DNA of 42,647 nt from a virus (lineage: Duplodnaviria > Heunggongvirae > Uroviricota > Caudoviricetes), in the IMG/VR virus record IMGVR_UViG_3300028797_000097; one strand, given 5' to 3'. A program made the position numbers and the translations under genes. Below are positions 8,313 through 16,836 of this stretch, in pieces. The first letter of the stretch is position 1. Every line of letters begins with the position of its first letter. Below the pieces are notes generated by a model that was not told where the DNA came from, searched no databases, and saw only the letters and a list, made by a program, of their open reading frames with translations.

Positions 8313-9182
8313 ATGGGTAAAAAACAATTATGTATAAGCGTTGAAGGTGGTGGTGCTTTAGGAATCGGTCCTTTAGCATTTATGTGTAGGATGGAGCAGG
8401 ATTTAGGGAAGAAAATATCAGATTTAACTTCCGCATTCACTGGTACGTCTACTGGAGCTATTATCGCTGCATGTTTGGCAGAGGGAATGAGTGCACATGA
8501 GGTGTTTGACCTATACAGGAACAATTTAAAGAAGATTTTTACCAAGTATTCCTGGTATAAGCGTCTCCAACCAAAATGCCCTACATACGACAATACGAAC
8601 CTTAAGAAGCTCCTTCAAGCTAATCTTAAGGGTAAGTGCAGCGATTGGAAAAAGCCTATCTACATCACCTCTACGTTCATGAATGGTGATTCTGTGGAGA
8701 AGGTTTGGGACTTAGGAGATAAAGAAACCGACAAATGGTTTGCGGTCCTTTCCAGTACAGCAGCGCCGACATACTTCGATGTATTGGAACGCAATGGTGA
8801 ATCATACTGCGATGGTGGTATGTGGGCAAATTGTCCGGCAGACATAGTAATTGCAGGTCAGTTTAAGCAGGGGAACAAGAATCTTAAGCTCCTCAACTTT
8901 AATACTGGTATGGACACACCAAATACGGAAAAGGGTAACAAGACATTACTTGGTTGGGCAGAATATATCTTCTCTGACTGGACAGCACGTTCTTCCAAAT
9001 CCCCAATCTACGAAGCAAAAGCTATTCTTGGTAACGATGCTGTGTTCGATGCCTCTCCGAAGCATAATAAGAAGATTAAGATGGATAAGGTAGATGATGA
9101 TACCATTAACCAGATTATCGATATTTGGCAAAAGTATTACGAATCCGTCAAACCAGACATAAAGGCATTCATGAATCGATAA
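8313..9182 (+). CDS. Patatin-like phospholipase
   Basis: EGGGALG oxyanion motif, GTSTG nucleophile elbow, SSTAAPTYF, DGG. Confidence 0.92.
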   Translation: MGKKQLCISVEGGGALGIGPLAFMCRMEQDLGKKISDLTSAFTGTSTGAIIAACLAEGMSAHEVFDLYRNNLKKIFTKYSWYKRLQPKCPTYDNTNLKKLLQANLKGKCSDWKKPIYITSTFMNGDSVEKVWDLGDKETDKWFAVLSSTAAPTYFDVLERNGESYCDGGMWANCPADIVIAGQFKQGNKNLKLLNFNTGMDTPNTEKGNKTLLGWAEYIFSDWTARSSKSPIYEAKAILGNDAVFDASPKHNKKIKMDKVDDDTINQIIDIWQKYYESVKPDIKAFMNR

Positions 9183-9192
9183 GGAGGCATCG

Positions 9193-9948
9193 ATGTTTAC
9201 GAACGACTATTGCCAATATGTCTATGATTACTTCAATAAGGATTTCTTCCAGAAAGAACTTGGAGTCAAGCTTGGAAAGTGTACGATCTTCACCAACAAG
9301 AAAGGTGATGCGAAGAAGATCTTTCCATCAAGCTTAAACGGGGATAAGGAGGATGATCCATTCGGCCTTTCCATAACTCTGTTAGGACATAACTACATCT
9401 GGATCAACCCGTTACTCCTCAACAGCAAGAAACTCCTAGTCAACACCATTCTCCATGAGATGATTCACCTGTATGTCAACGCTGTGGGTAACAACGGATC
9501 CAGACGTTACCGTCAAGGACATGGAAAGCTTTGGACCCAGACAGCGAAGTATGCCCAGTCGTTGTACGGTGAAGACCTCGGTAATATAGAACAATTCGCG
9601 ACCAAAGATGAGATGAAGAAGTATAACCATTATTACGGAATCAGAACAACTAAGTCTCTGGTCAATGCGTATTTGGTTAAGCTCACATCAGGTGATTTGG
9701 TTCCGTTGAAGGATTTAACTCCAGAACAGATTGTGGAACTCCAGGGGATGAATATCATTGGTATTTACCAGGTGAAACCAGGAATCCAGCAGGAACCGAG
9801 CAAGAGAGTAACAAAGTTCATCGATTGGGACACGCTTATCGATTGTATCGAAAACGGAATCGATTATGAAACAGAATCGGTCTGTGGTCATTTAAGGATT
9901 AAAATAGGTGAGGACACCGATACAGTTTGGCTTAGAAGACGCGGATAG
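9193..9948 (+). CDS. SprT-like zinc metalloprotease
   Basis: TILHEMIH followed by GHG..W; N-terminal Y..FN..FF. Confidence 0.8.
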   Translation: MFTNDYCQYVYDYFNKDFFQKELGVKLGKCTIFTNKKGDAKKIFPSSLNGDKEDDPFGLSITLLGHNYIWINPLLLNSKKLLVNTILHEMIHLYVNAVGNNGSRRYRQGHGKLWTQTAKYAQSLYGEDLGNIEQFATKDEMKKYNHYYGIRTTKSLVNAYLVKLTSGDLVPLKDLTPEQIVELQGMNIIGIYQVKPGIQQEPSKRVTKFIDWDTLIDCIENGIDYETESVCGHLRIKIGEDTDTVWLRRRG

Positions 9949-9974
9949 CTATAAATAAGTATAAGGAGATTAAA

Positions 9975-10442
9975 ATGAAACCAGAGGTTAAGAAAGCTTT
10001 ATATCTATTGGAAAACATTGGTTATACGGTAAAGCCAATGAATGAATCAGAACAGCAGGATTTAATTGATACCATCAAGTCCAAGTATGACGAATGGAAT
10101 GAATTGCGTAATACCCCGGAAGGTGATGACTTATGGGATGAAATGGCTGATGCTTATGGTAATGACCTTATTGATTTAGCTGTCGATGAATATGATAATC
10201 TTAAGAACGGAAAGCCTGTAGACATGACTGGTTACTTGGCCCACGCTGATGCTTTATACCCGGAATTCTTCGAGCTTATGCAGAAGGTCGGCGCTAAGGC
10301 ATTTAAGATTAACACTAAGGAAGCATTCGGCGGAAAAGCTTATTACCTCTATCAAGCTATTGCAGAGGGTAACATCCAGTTGCATCCGGAAGCTTATAAC
10401 TCCAGCGCTCCAGAATATGCTTTCTTCACCATAAAGGACTAA
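9975..10442 (+). CDS. Late hypothetical protein, possibly head-associated
   Basis: TATAAATA at 9950-9957, AAGGAG RBS, LLE/N and MNE/S putative cleavage sites. Confidence 0.65.
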   Translation: MKPEVKKALYLLENIGYTVKPMNESEQQDLIDTIKSKYDEWNELRNTPEGDDLWDEMADAYGNDLIDLAVDEYDNLKNGKPVDMTGYLAHADALYPEFFELMQKVGAKAFKINTKEAFGGKAYYLYQAIAEGNIQLHPEAYNSSAPEYAFFTIKD

Positions 10443-10477
10443 CTCCTCATTAGTTGCCAGAAACAAAGAATATACAG

Positions 10478-10516
10478 AAATCTAGGGTTGACAAAGCCCT
10501 AGGTTTTTATTATATT
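10478..10516 (+). promoter_or_regulatory. Hairpin-embedded early promoter/terminator
   Basis: aaatctaggg-TTGACAaag-ccctaggttt-tt, TATATT at N17. Confidence 0.78.
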
Positions 10517-10538
10517 ATGCGCATAAACAAGAGGATTT

Positions 10539-11309
10539 ATGACTCATTCTGATTTCATCGCAAACAAGATTAGCATGTCGGCACGATTGAAGGCCGATGT
10601 GGAACAACTCCAAAAGACAATCGATTACAAGGTCACGAGCGCAAACGCTATTGATGCGTATCTGGAAGCCGACGAACAGCGCGAAAAACATAAGAACACG
10701 GTCATGTGGCGTGTTAATATGCAGAAAGCTATCGCATTGGCTAAAACTGCGGTCGAATACGGTAAGAAGGTTTATGGCGACATGTTCTGTTGCCCAGTAT
10801 TCATCAACAATCTGATTCAATTTGAACCGAAATTGAACAGGATGATTCAAAAATATCCAGAAGAGTATTTGAGTCGCGAAGACCAGTTCCACTCTGCTGC
10901 AATCGGTCCTGGAAATGACCATGTGGTTGAAGTCGAAGATGAACATCAGGTCGAATCTATCGAAGCTCCGAACCGGAAAGAAAAGGCATCGAAACATGAC
11001 TGGACTCCCGAAGAAATTGGTCATTTGTTGCATGGTGACCATGACTATCTCCGCGAAAAGGTCGGTCTGACGTATGACCAGCTCGGTGGAAAAACTCGCG
11101 AACTCGGTTATGTTTTCCGTTACAACAGCCCGGTTAATAAGCCGAAGGTGTTTAACCGACTCGTGATTGGTTGTCACCCCGACTGGTTGGAGATGATTAA
11201 GAACGGAGACGTTGACGAGCTGATTGATGTCCAGAAAATCCGTCCGTCCGCTATTGCCAATGTCGCGAAGAAAAACGGATTCGATATTCCTGCCCGCTGT
11301 CTAGTATAG
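10539..11309 (+). CDS. Hypothetical early protein
   Basis: 256-aa ORF with GAGGA RBS. Confidence 0.75.
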   Translation: MTHSDFIANKISMSARLKADVEQLQKTIDYKVTSANAIDAYLEADEQREKHKNTVMWRVNMQKAIALAKTAVEYGKKVYGDMFCCPVFINNLIQFEPKLNRMIQKYPEEYLSREDQFHSAAIGPGNDHVVEVEDEHQVESIEAPNRKEKASKHDWTPEEIGHLLHGDHDYLREKVGLTYDQLGGKTRELGYVFRYNSPVNKPKVFNRLVIGCHPDWLEMIKNGDVDELIDVQKIRPSAIANVAKKNGFDIPARCLV

Positions 11310-11330
11310 CGTCTGATTAGAAGTAAAATT

Positions 11331-11369
11331 AAAGTCCGGGGTTACAAAACTCCGGATTTTTTCTATATT
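11331..11369 (+). promoter_or_regulatory. Hairpin-embedded early promoter/terminator
   Basis: aagtccggg-GTTACAaaac-tccggattt-ttt, TATATT at N17. Confidence 0.75.
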
Positions 11370-11393
11370 ATGAATATAACAGAGAGGTTAATT

Positions 11394-11519
11394 ATGGCAT
11401 ATCATCATTGCGGCGGAACGAATCCTATTGGTTTTGAACTGAATTATGAAACCATTGCTACTGCACTTATTATTATTGGTTTGATTGCATTTCCGTTCCT
11501 TATCTACTTTACAAAATAA
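11394..11519 (+). CDS. 41-aa membrane peptide
   Basis: GAGG RBS; C-terminal hydrophobic helix. Confidence 0.6.
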   Translation: MAYHHCGGTNPIGFELNYETIATALIIIGLIAFPFLIYFTK

Positions 11520-11550
11520 ATTGATACCTCCCCGTTCATATAAATAATAT

Positions 11551-11988
11551 ATGAATTGGAAGGATTACATCACAGAAGCTGAGGAGATTCTTGAACAGAA
11601 CCAACTTGACGAGAAACTGGTACGGAAATACCATGTCGAGAATGGTTTAAAGAAGGTAAAGGTAGTCTCCGATAAGCCTGGTTACAGAGTGGAATACGAC
11701 GATAATCACCAACCACATGAGGTGAAGATTACTAAGGCGGAAGAGATGCATCGTCGTATGGGCGCAAAGGTCGGTAAGTTAAAGCACAATAAGGCGCGAG
11801 AACAGGCATTGCGTAAAAAGTCTTTCCTTAAGCGTGCACGCGCTGGTCTGGATTACAATAAGGATGTTCCAGAGCTTAACACCAGGCGCGAACAAGGAGA
11901 AACTCTTAAATCTGACCAGAAAGGCTTGTTAAAACAGAAACTCCAGAATCTTAAAGACAAGCTGATGAAAGACATTGTTAAGGTATAA
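11551..11988 (+). CDS. Prohead core protein-like (T4 gp68 family)
   Basis: Late promoter at 11539; N-terminal YITE/A; basic region ending RKKSFLKRARAGL, resembling the gp68 C-terminus. Confidence 0.55.
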   Translation: MNWKDYITEAEEILEQNQLDEKLVRKYHVENGLKKVKVVSDKPGYRVEYDDNHQPHEVKITKAEEMHRRMGAKVGKLKHNKAREQALRKKSFLKRARAGLDYNKDVPELNTRREQGETLKSDQKGLLKQKLQNLKDKLMKDIVKV

Positions 11989-12019
11989 AAAAGAACCGGT
12001 TGTTATGACCGGTTTTCTT
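11989..12019. terminator. Bidirectional terminator between convergent units
   Basis: aaaagaaccggt-tgttatg-accggttttctt. Confidence 0.75.
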
Positions 12020-12422
12020 ATATCTCCTGTAACAGATCTTCCGTTCTGACCTGATCCAGCTCTATCTTAACCTCTGCGATATGGTTTAAGATCCACCATT
12101 CCGGATAAATAATACCATTTATGTCGATTATGTACCTGATATAATATACCTGACCTTTCTCATGTCCGCGATGATCCTCATGTAAGATTCTAGTCGGAAA
12201 ACGATAGTGTAGGAGTGGAACCCAGCTTTCGCATTTCCTGTACAGGGATGAAGCAGGAACAGGATAATCGCGCTGGCGAATTCTAGCATCACCCTCGCCC
12301 ACGATGTACCATATTCCGTCATGCTGGTGCAATCGGGGTTTGGACAGGTTAAAGGTACAATCCCATTCCCATACAGGATCATGGTATGATCCATAACTCC
12401 TTATCTCCTGTAACTTAATCAT
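12018..12422 (-). CDS. Array A paralog 11
   Basis: MIKL... to IDING...HIAEVKIELDQVRTEDLLQEI. Confidence 0.8.
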   Translation of the reverse strand: MIKLQEIRSYGSYHDPVWEWDCTFNLSKPRLHQHDGIWYIVGEGDARIRQRDYPVPASSLYRKCESWVPLLHYRFPTRILHEDHRGHEKGQVYYIRYIIDINGIIYPEWWILNHIAEVKIELDQVRTEDLLQEI

Positions 12423-12792
12423 CGATCTCCTGTATTACCTTTTCCGTGTGTATGTCCTCGATCAGCGCCTTAACCTCACTGAAATGATCCAGGAGGTATG
12501 TGTAATCATATACCTTACCATCAATCAGCAAGTCAATATCATGGGTACGCTTGGTGTAATCGATTTCCGCGTATTCGCCAATCCAGTCATGCGCGAAATG
12601 CCCGATGTACGCGAATGAGGTGTTCTTCTTCCGGTCGTACACCGATATATAAGTATCATCCTGTAAGTCTAGCTGGTTGAGGTTGGAAATAGGTGATACG
12701 ACCTTTTCTATTACTGGATCTATCGTATTTTCCAGATGCGTTTCTGTTCCGTGTGAATAATAGCTTGTAACTTTAAACTGTACCCTACTCAT
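12415..12792 (-). CDS. Array A paralog 10
   Basis: LLIDGKVY...HFSEVKALIEDIHTEKVIQEIDD. Confidence 0.8.
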   Translation of the reverse strand: MSRVQFKVTSYYSHGTETHLENTIDPVIEKVVSPISNLNQLDLQDDTYISVYDRKKNTSFAYIGHFAHDWIGEYAEIDYTKRTHDIDLLIDGKVYDYTYLLDHFSEVKALIEDIHTEKVIQEIDD

Positions 12793-13234
12793 CCATCCCC
12801 TTCAGATATAATTCCGTATTGTAATCGCTGATTTGGGACTGTAACCACGCGAAGTTCTCCTTAACCTCGTCATGCCAGTATTCCGTATCGTCTACGACCA
12901 GACAGAAGAAAGGTCCTGGATTCGTTTCTACTCCTGGTGGAGGCACATTCATACAGTCACTGGAATTAATGGTACAACCGTTAAACCAATCGCTATACCG
13001 TACTGTACCATCCTCCTCAATCTCTGATAGGTTGAATGTAACAGCGAGAACCTCACCAGTATGGATGTCACACCATTCCTGTCGATGTAACACCAGTGGT
13101 TTTGGGAGATCTATGTCCTCGCTGACCCATTCTGGATCCCCAAGCGTACCTCGAAGAGTAACATCCTTACCCTTTACCGTTCCGTGAATGTACATCCTGT
13201 TATGACCCTTGAAATATTTTCTCAATTTAATCAT
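12785..13234 (-). CDS. Array A paralog 9
   Basis: MIKLR... to LVVDDTEY...NTELYLKGMDE. Confidence 0.8.
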   Translation of the reverse strand: MIKLRKYFKGHNRMYIHGTVKGKDVTLRGTLGDPEWVSEDIDLPKPLVLHRQEWCDIHTGEVLAVTFNLSEIEEDGTVRYSDWFNGCTINSSDCMNVPPPGVETNPGPFFCLVVDDTEYWHDEVKENFAWLQSQISDYNTELYLKGMDE

Positions 13235-13592
13235 CTGTAATTTCCTCGATTAACTGTCTGGCAACAGCATCGCTTATAATCGCTCTCATTTCCGTTTCAT
13301 GGGAGTAAATGTCACTGTACCTGTACTCCTTACCATCTATCTCCAGATAGGTTTCATAGTTCAGGAACGTACCGATTTCGAACTGACAATGAGGAGTCTT
13401 AGGAAAACCACCATCCTCGCGTGGATCATAGAAATTGATTTCCAGTCTGTACTCACCTACTCCAGGATGGTAGTGTCGGGTTAATGGAGTAGGTTTGGTC
13501 TTGAGGAGAATAATCGGATACGATAAATCCGGAATATTCGTACTGTTTTGAGCTTTCTCGTTAAATGCTTTCGAAACTACTTTGATCATCAT
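13227..13592 (-). CDS. Array A paralog 8
   Basis: LEIDGKEYRYSDI..H..E...QLIEEITDD. Confidence 0.8.
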   Translation of the reverse strand: MMIKVVSKAFNEKAQNSTNIPDLSYPIILLKTKPTPLTRHYHPGVGEYRLEINFYDPREDGGFPKTPHCQFEIGTFLNYETYLEIDGKEYRYSDIYSHETEMRAIISDAVARQLIEEITDD

Positions 13593-13911
13593 CTATCTCC
13601 TGTAATAGCTTTTCCGTATATATACGATCGAATAACACCTTAAGTTCAGCGTAATGCTCCTTCACCTGTGCTTCATCGTACTCCTTATCATCTATCACCA
13701 GAATGGTACGGATTGTTCTGTACCCGTCCTTATCCAACTTCCATGTATCACCTATCCTGTCCCATGTATTCCACTCACTGGGAATCCCATCCCAACGATA
13801 GCTAATAGCTGGTACGGAACTCCTATCATCGAGGTGTACATCAAGGATGGTTTTGTCTTCTACCTTCTCCTCTGGTGTTCCAAGGTCGGTTATTGTACGT
13901 AGCTTAATCAT
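13561..13911 (-). CDS. Array A paralog 7
   Basis: LVIDDKEY...HYAELKVLFDRIYTEKLLQEIDD plus a short extension. Confidence 0.8.
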   Translation of the reverse strand: MIKLRTITDLGTPEEKVEDKTILDVHLDDRSSVPAISYRWDGIPSEWNTWDRIGDTWKLDKDGYRTIRTILVIDDKEYDEAQVKEHYAELKVLFDRIYTEKLLQEIDDDQSSFESI

Positions 13912-14215
13912 CTATCTCCTCTAAAAGCTTTTCCATACGCTCCTGGTCCAGTAACACCTTCACCTCAGCGTAATGCTTGCGAATCTTCTCTGCCCTGTAT
14001 TCCGTACCATTTATGACCAATGACGCGATAAAATCGACAAAACCTTCGCTATTCATGTATGTACCTAAAACGGAATAGTGTGATCCTGGGTACTCAGAAC
14101 TGCGGTCATAATGTACAGCGAGACCACACTTATCTTCTGATAGTACGACATTCCATATTTCTGCTTCTCGTACCTTAACTCTGGGGTAACAGTTCATGTA
14201 CCGTATCTTTACCAT
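13904..14215 (-). CDS. Array A paralog 6
   Basis: LVINGTEY...HYAEVKVLLDQERMEKLLEEIDD. Confidence 0.8.
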   Translation of the reverse strand: MVKIRYMNCYPRVKVREAEIWNVVLSEDKCGLAVHYDRSSEYPGSHYSVLGTYMNSEGFVDFIASLVINGTEYRAEKIRKHYAEVKVLLDQERMEKLLEEIDD

Positions 14216-14547
14216 TCTATCTCCTGCGTTATGGTTTCGATGTTTATCTCTGCTTCATAGTCTGACATTGCTGTCATAAGCTTTGCTGGTTCTTCCAGAA
14301 GTGAATAGGAGCGTACCCATTGCGAGGTAATTAGCTCCAGGAAGATACTGTCGGATTCGATCCAGTTCCGATTGATTCGCATACAGATTGGGGGTTGTCC
14401 CATGTCCTCCTGGATCCAATACTCCAGTTGAAACACTCCATCAAGGAGATAATACCTGTACCCATTGACCAGCTCATCAACTACTGGTTCTGGCGCTACG
14501 GAACGATCGTCACGCGGATTCTGTACTGTGTAATGAACCTTAATCAT
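14209..14547 (-). CDS. Array A paralog 5
   Basis: IFLELITSQW...LMTAMSDYE...TQEIEW; most similar to paralog 4. Confidence 0.8.
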   Translation of the reverse strand: MIKVHYTVQNPRDDRSVAPEPVVDELVNGYRYYLLDGVFQLEYWIQEDMGQPPICMRINRNWIESDSIFLELITSQWVRSYSLLEEPAKLMTAMSDYEAEINIETITQEIEW

Positions 14548-14842
14548 CTATCTCCTCTAAAAGCTTTTCCGTTTCATAGTCTGACATCGCGGCCATAAGT
14601 ACAGTGGGGGATTCAGCGAAGGAGTACTTCCTGGTCCAGCGTGGGGTTTCCAGTTCTAGGTAGATCCTGTCATAATGGAGATTCCACCCCTTACCGACAT
14701 GCATCGGTTCTGGGGGTTCATCTGGACCCATCCATTCCCTATAGAAGAATTCGAATTCACCATTATAGATCTGGTACTGGTATTCTCCAAATACCGGATC
14801 CACGATTACCGGATCCACGTTCTCATACCTGATCCGAATCAT
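14540..14842 (-). CDS. Array A paralog 4
   Basis: IYLELETPRW...LMAAMSDYETEKLLEEIDD. Confidence 0.8.
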   Translation of the reverse strand: MIRIRYENVDPVIVDPVFGEYQYQIYNGEFEFFYREWMGPDEPPEPMHVGKGWNLHYDRIYLELETPRWTRKYSFAESPTVLMAAMSDYETEKLLEEIDD

Positions 14843-15203
14843 CTATATCCTCCAACAGGTGTTCCGTCTCGTTTATGTCCAGTAACGACCGTACCTCTGC
14901 GATATGGGTTACAATCTCTGAGTAACGCCATTCCTTACCGTCTATCTCCAACCATGAGTCGTGATTGGTGAATCGACCCAGCCTGACCTTATGCATCTGA
15001 TGTACCTTCTCCGTATCGGTAAGGGAGTACCAATGAGGAGTATCGTAATACTGTATCTCCAAGTACTTGGTGTCGATCGCGTCTATTTGCCGTTCCATCT
15101 TATGCGGATCCACGTCCATGAGACGTAGCTGTACCAGGTGATACACCTCACTGGGATGAGGATCCTCGTTCAGGTCCGGAATATGGAGTAACACCTTAAC
15201 CAT
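14823..15203 (-). CDS. Array A paralog 3
   Basis: LEIDGKEWRYSEI..HIAEV...ETEHLLEDIDD. Confidence 0.8.
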   Translation of the reverse strand: MVKVLLHIPDLNEDPHPSEVYHLVQLRLMDVDPHKMERQIDAIDTKYLEIQYYDTPHWYSLTDTEKVHQMHKVRLGRFTNHDSWLEIDGKEWRYSEIVTHIAEVRSLLDINETEHLLEDIDDSDQV

Positions 15204-15672
15204 CTATCTCCTCCAGTAATGTATCAGTACGGATCTGGTCGAATAACACCTTCATGTCCATCATATGTTCCTTCAAGTACTCGAACGGGTATTCTTTCCA
15301 GTTGATGTACAGTATGGACTTACAGGGGTACAGGATGGTGTTGATCCCATGCGCGAATCTGGTTTTTCCAACACGGAGATTCTGTATCTCCTCCCTGTAC
15401 ATACTTGGAGGCGGTTCCAAGTACCGACCAATGTCTATCTTCACCCTATCTCCTACCTTACGAAGCGGATCATGCCCCTTCCATGACTGGACTCGACCCC
15501 GAATAACAATCGATTGGTTCGACATCTGTACCCGATAGTCCTTAAGATTATAGGTTTCCAGTTCTATCGTAACAGATTTAGGATCCAGGGTATGAGAGGA
15601 GAAATCCAGCTCCGGTTTTATTCCATCCCATTTACACTGATAGGAGTACATTTCTACTGTAACGTTATACAT
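15196..15672 (-). CDS. Array A paralog 2 (start reassigned to MYNVTV)
   Basis: GGAGGA RBS and overlap junction at 15672; LYINWKEY...HMMDMKVLFDQIRTDTLLEEIDG. Confidence 0.8.
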   Translation of the reverse strand: MYNVTVEMYSYQCKWDGIKPELDFSSHTLDPKSVTIELETYNLKDYRVQMSNQSIVIRGRVQSWKGHDPLRKVGDRVKIDIGRYLEPPPSMYREEIQNLRVGKTRFAHGINTILYPCKSILYINWKEYPFEYLKEHMMDMKVLFDQIRTDTLLEEIDG

Positions 15673-16123
15673 CCATGTCCTCCAGTAACATATCAGTACG
15701 GACTTGGTCCAGGAGAATGCGTAAGTCATTCAAATGATCTCGTACATACTGGTTATTATATTCCGTACCATCTATAATCAATGTACTGTGGCGCGTGATG
15801 TTTATATACTTAACCGTTGGACTTATCCGGAATTGTTTTGCATATCTAGCGCGTTCCACATCTGTTATCGCCCTGTCCTCATCCAGTGTGAATAGCCAGG
15901 ATTCTCCCTTTCTCCTTAATACCCAACTATCATCCACAACCTTTCCGTCCTGATCATGTAGTTCTGTAACAATAGCGTTAACCTTCATAATACTAGGATC
16001 CATAGCGAAATATCCCAGAGAAACGGAACAAGGATCCAACAGGAACTCGTGATACCACGATCCTGGAATGATTCCTTCCCTACTGTACTTATACCTGTAA
16101 TTCCGTACTAAAACACTATGCAT
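15665..16123 (-). CDS. Array A paralog 1
   Basis: LIIDGTEY...HLNDLRILLDQVRTDMLLEDMDV. Confidence 0.8.
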   Translation of the reverse strand: MHSVLVRNYRYKYSREGIIPGSWYHEFLLDPCSVSLGYFAMDPSIMKVNAIVTELHDQDGKVVDDSWVLRRKGESWLFTLDEDRAITDVERARYAKQFRISPTVKYINITRHSTLIIDGTEYNNQYVRDHLNDLRILLDQVRTDMLLEDMDV

Positions 16124-16149
16124 ACATCTCCAGTAATTTCATATCCCTA

Positions 16150-16178
16150 AATATAACAAATCTTTTACCATCTGTCAA
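16150..16178 (-). promoter_or_regulatory. Early promoter driving array A
   Basis: TTGACA-gatggtaaaagatttgt(17)-TATATT on the minus strand. Confidence 0.8.
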
Positions 16179-16253
16179 TACCCAAGTTATCTGAATAATA
16201 AAATATACAGAATTAGTATTTACATTTATTCCAAATTTTTCTATATTATGAAC

Positions 16254-16358
16254 ATGAACGAACGAATTGACAACATCAAACATTTCATTGGTCTCGGCAT
16301 CATTAACATTGTTTGCCGCATCTGTAAAATCCATTATCTGCACGTTATCAAGAGTTAA
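16254..16358 (+). CDS. 34-aa peptide, probably leaderless
   Basis: TTTACA(16219)-N17-TATATT(16242), then ATG near +1; MNERIDNIKHFIGLGIINIVCRICKIHYLHVIKS. Confidence 0.4.
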   Translation: MNERIDNIKHFIGLGIINIVCRICKIHYLHVIKS

Positions 16359-16458
16359 CTGCAAAAAAGAAAATCTAGAATTTAGGGTTTACAAATCAAT
16401 CAAAATTAACTATATTTAAATCATCGAAAACAACCAATCATCAAAAGGAAAAATCATC

Positions 16459-16836
16459 ATGGAACAGATTATCAACATGATTCTCGGTCAGTCCAACATC
16501 AATCTCCAGGCATTCGGTTTGAATGTTCAGAACCAGACAGCACAGCCGACCACTGTGGAAACCATCCAGGCAAAAATCAATCTCATCAAACAGCTCGATT
16601 CCATTCCGGCAGCACATCAGTTTGTTGAAGATTTCCAGATTGAAACTGTGAACCAGTTGGACAGTCTGATGAATATGGAATCTGTTATCGGTCTCAAGCC
16701 GACTGACGCTCAACTCTGGGCCATCAACAACAAGATCGATGCTATCATCAATGAACTCGAGACTGGTCTGAAGAACAAGATGCTCGCTCAGCTCAATGGT
16801 CTCGGACTCGGTGCTCTGAGTGGTCTGGTCCACTAG
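16459..16836 (+). CDS. Gln/Asn-rich helical hypothetical protein
   Basis: TTTACA-N17-TATATT promoter at about 16388-16416; AAAGGA RBS. Confidence 0.7.
   Translation: MEQIINMILGQSNINLQAFGLNVQNQTAQPTTVETIQAKINLIKQLDSIPAAHQFVEDFQIETVNQLDSLMNMESVIGLKPTDAQLWAINNKIDAIINELETGLKNKMLAQLNGLGLGALSGLVH

Noticed and set aside
16116-16364. 82-aa minus-strand ORF as a twelfth array A member
   Set aside because: It spans two divergent promoters and lacks the family module. Only its last 8 codons are plausible, as a leader ORF.
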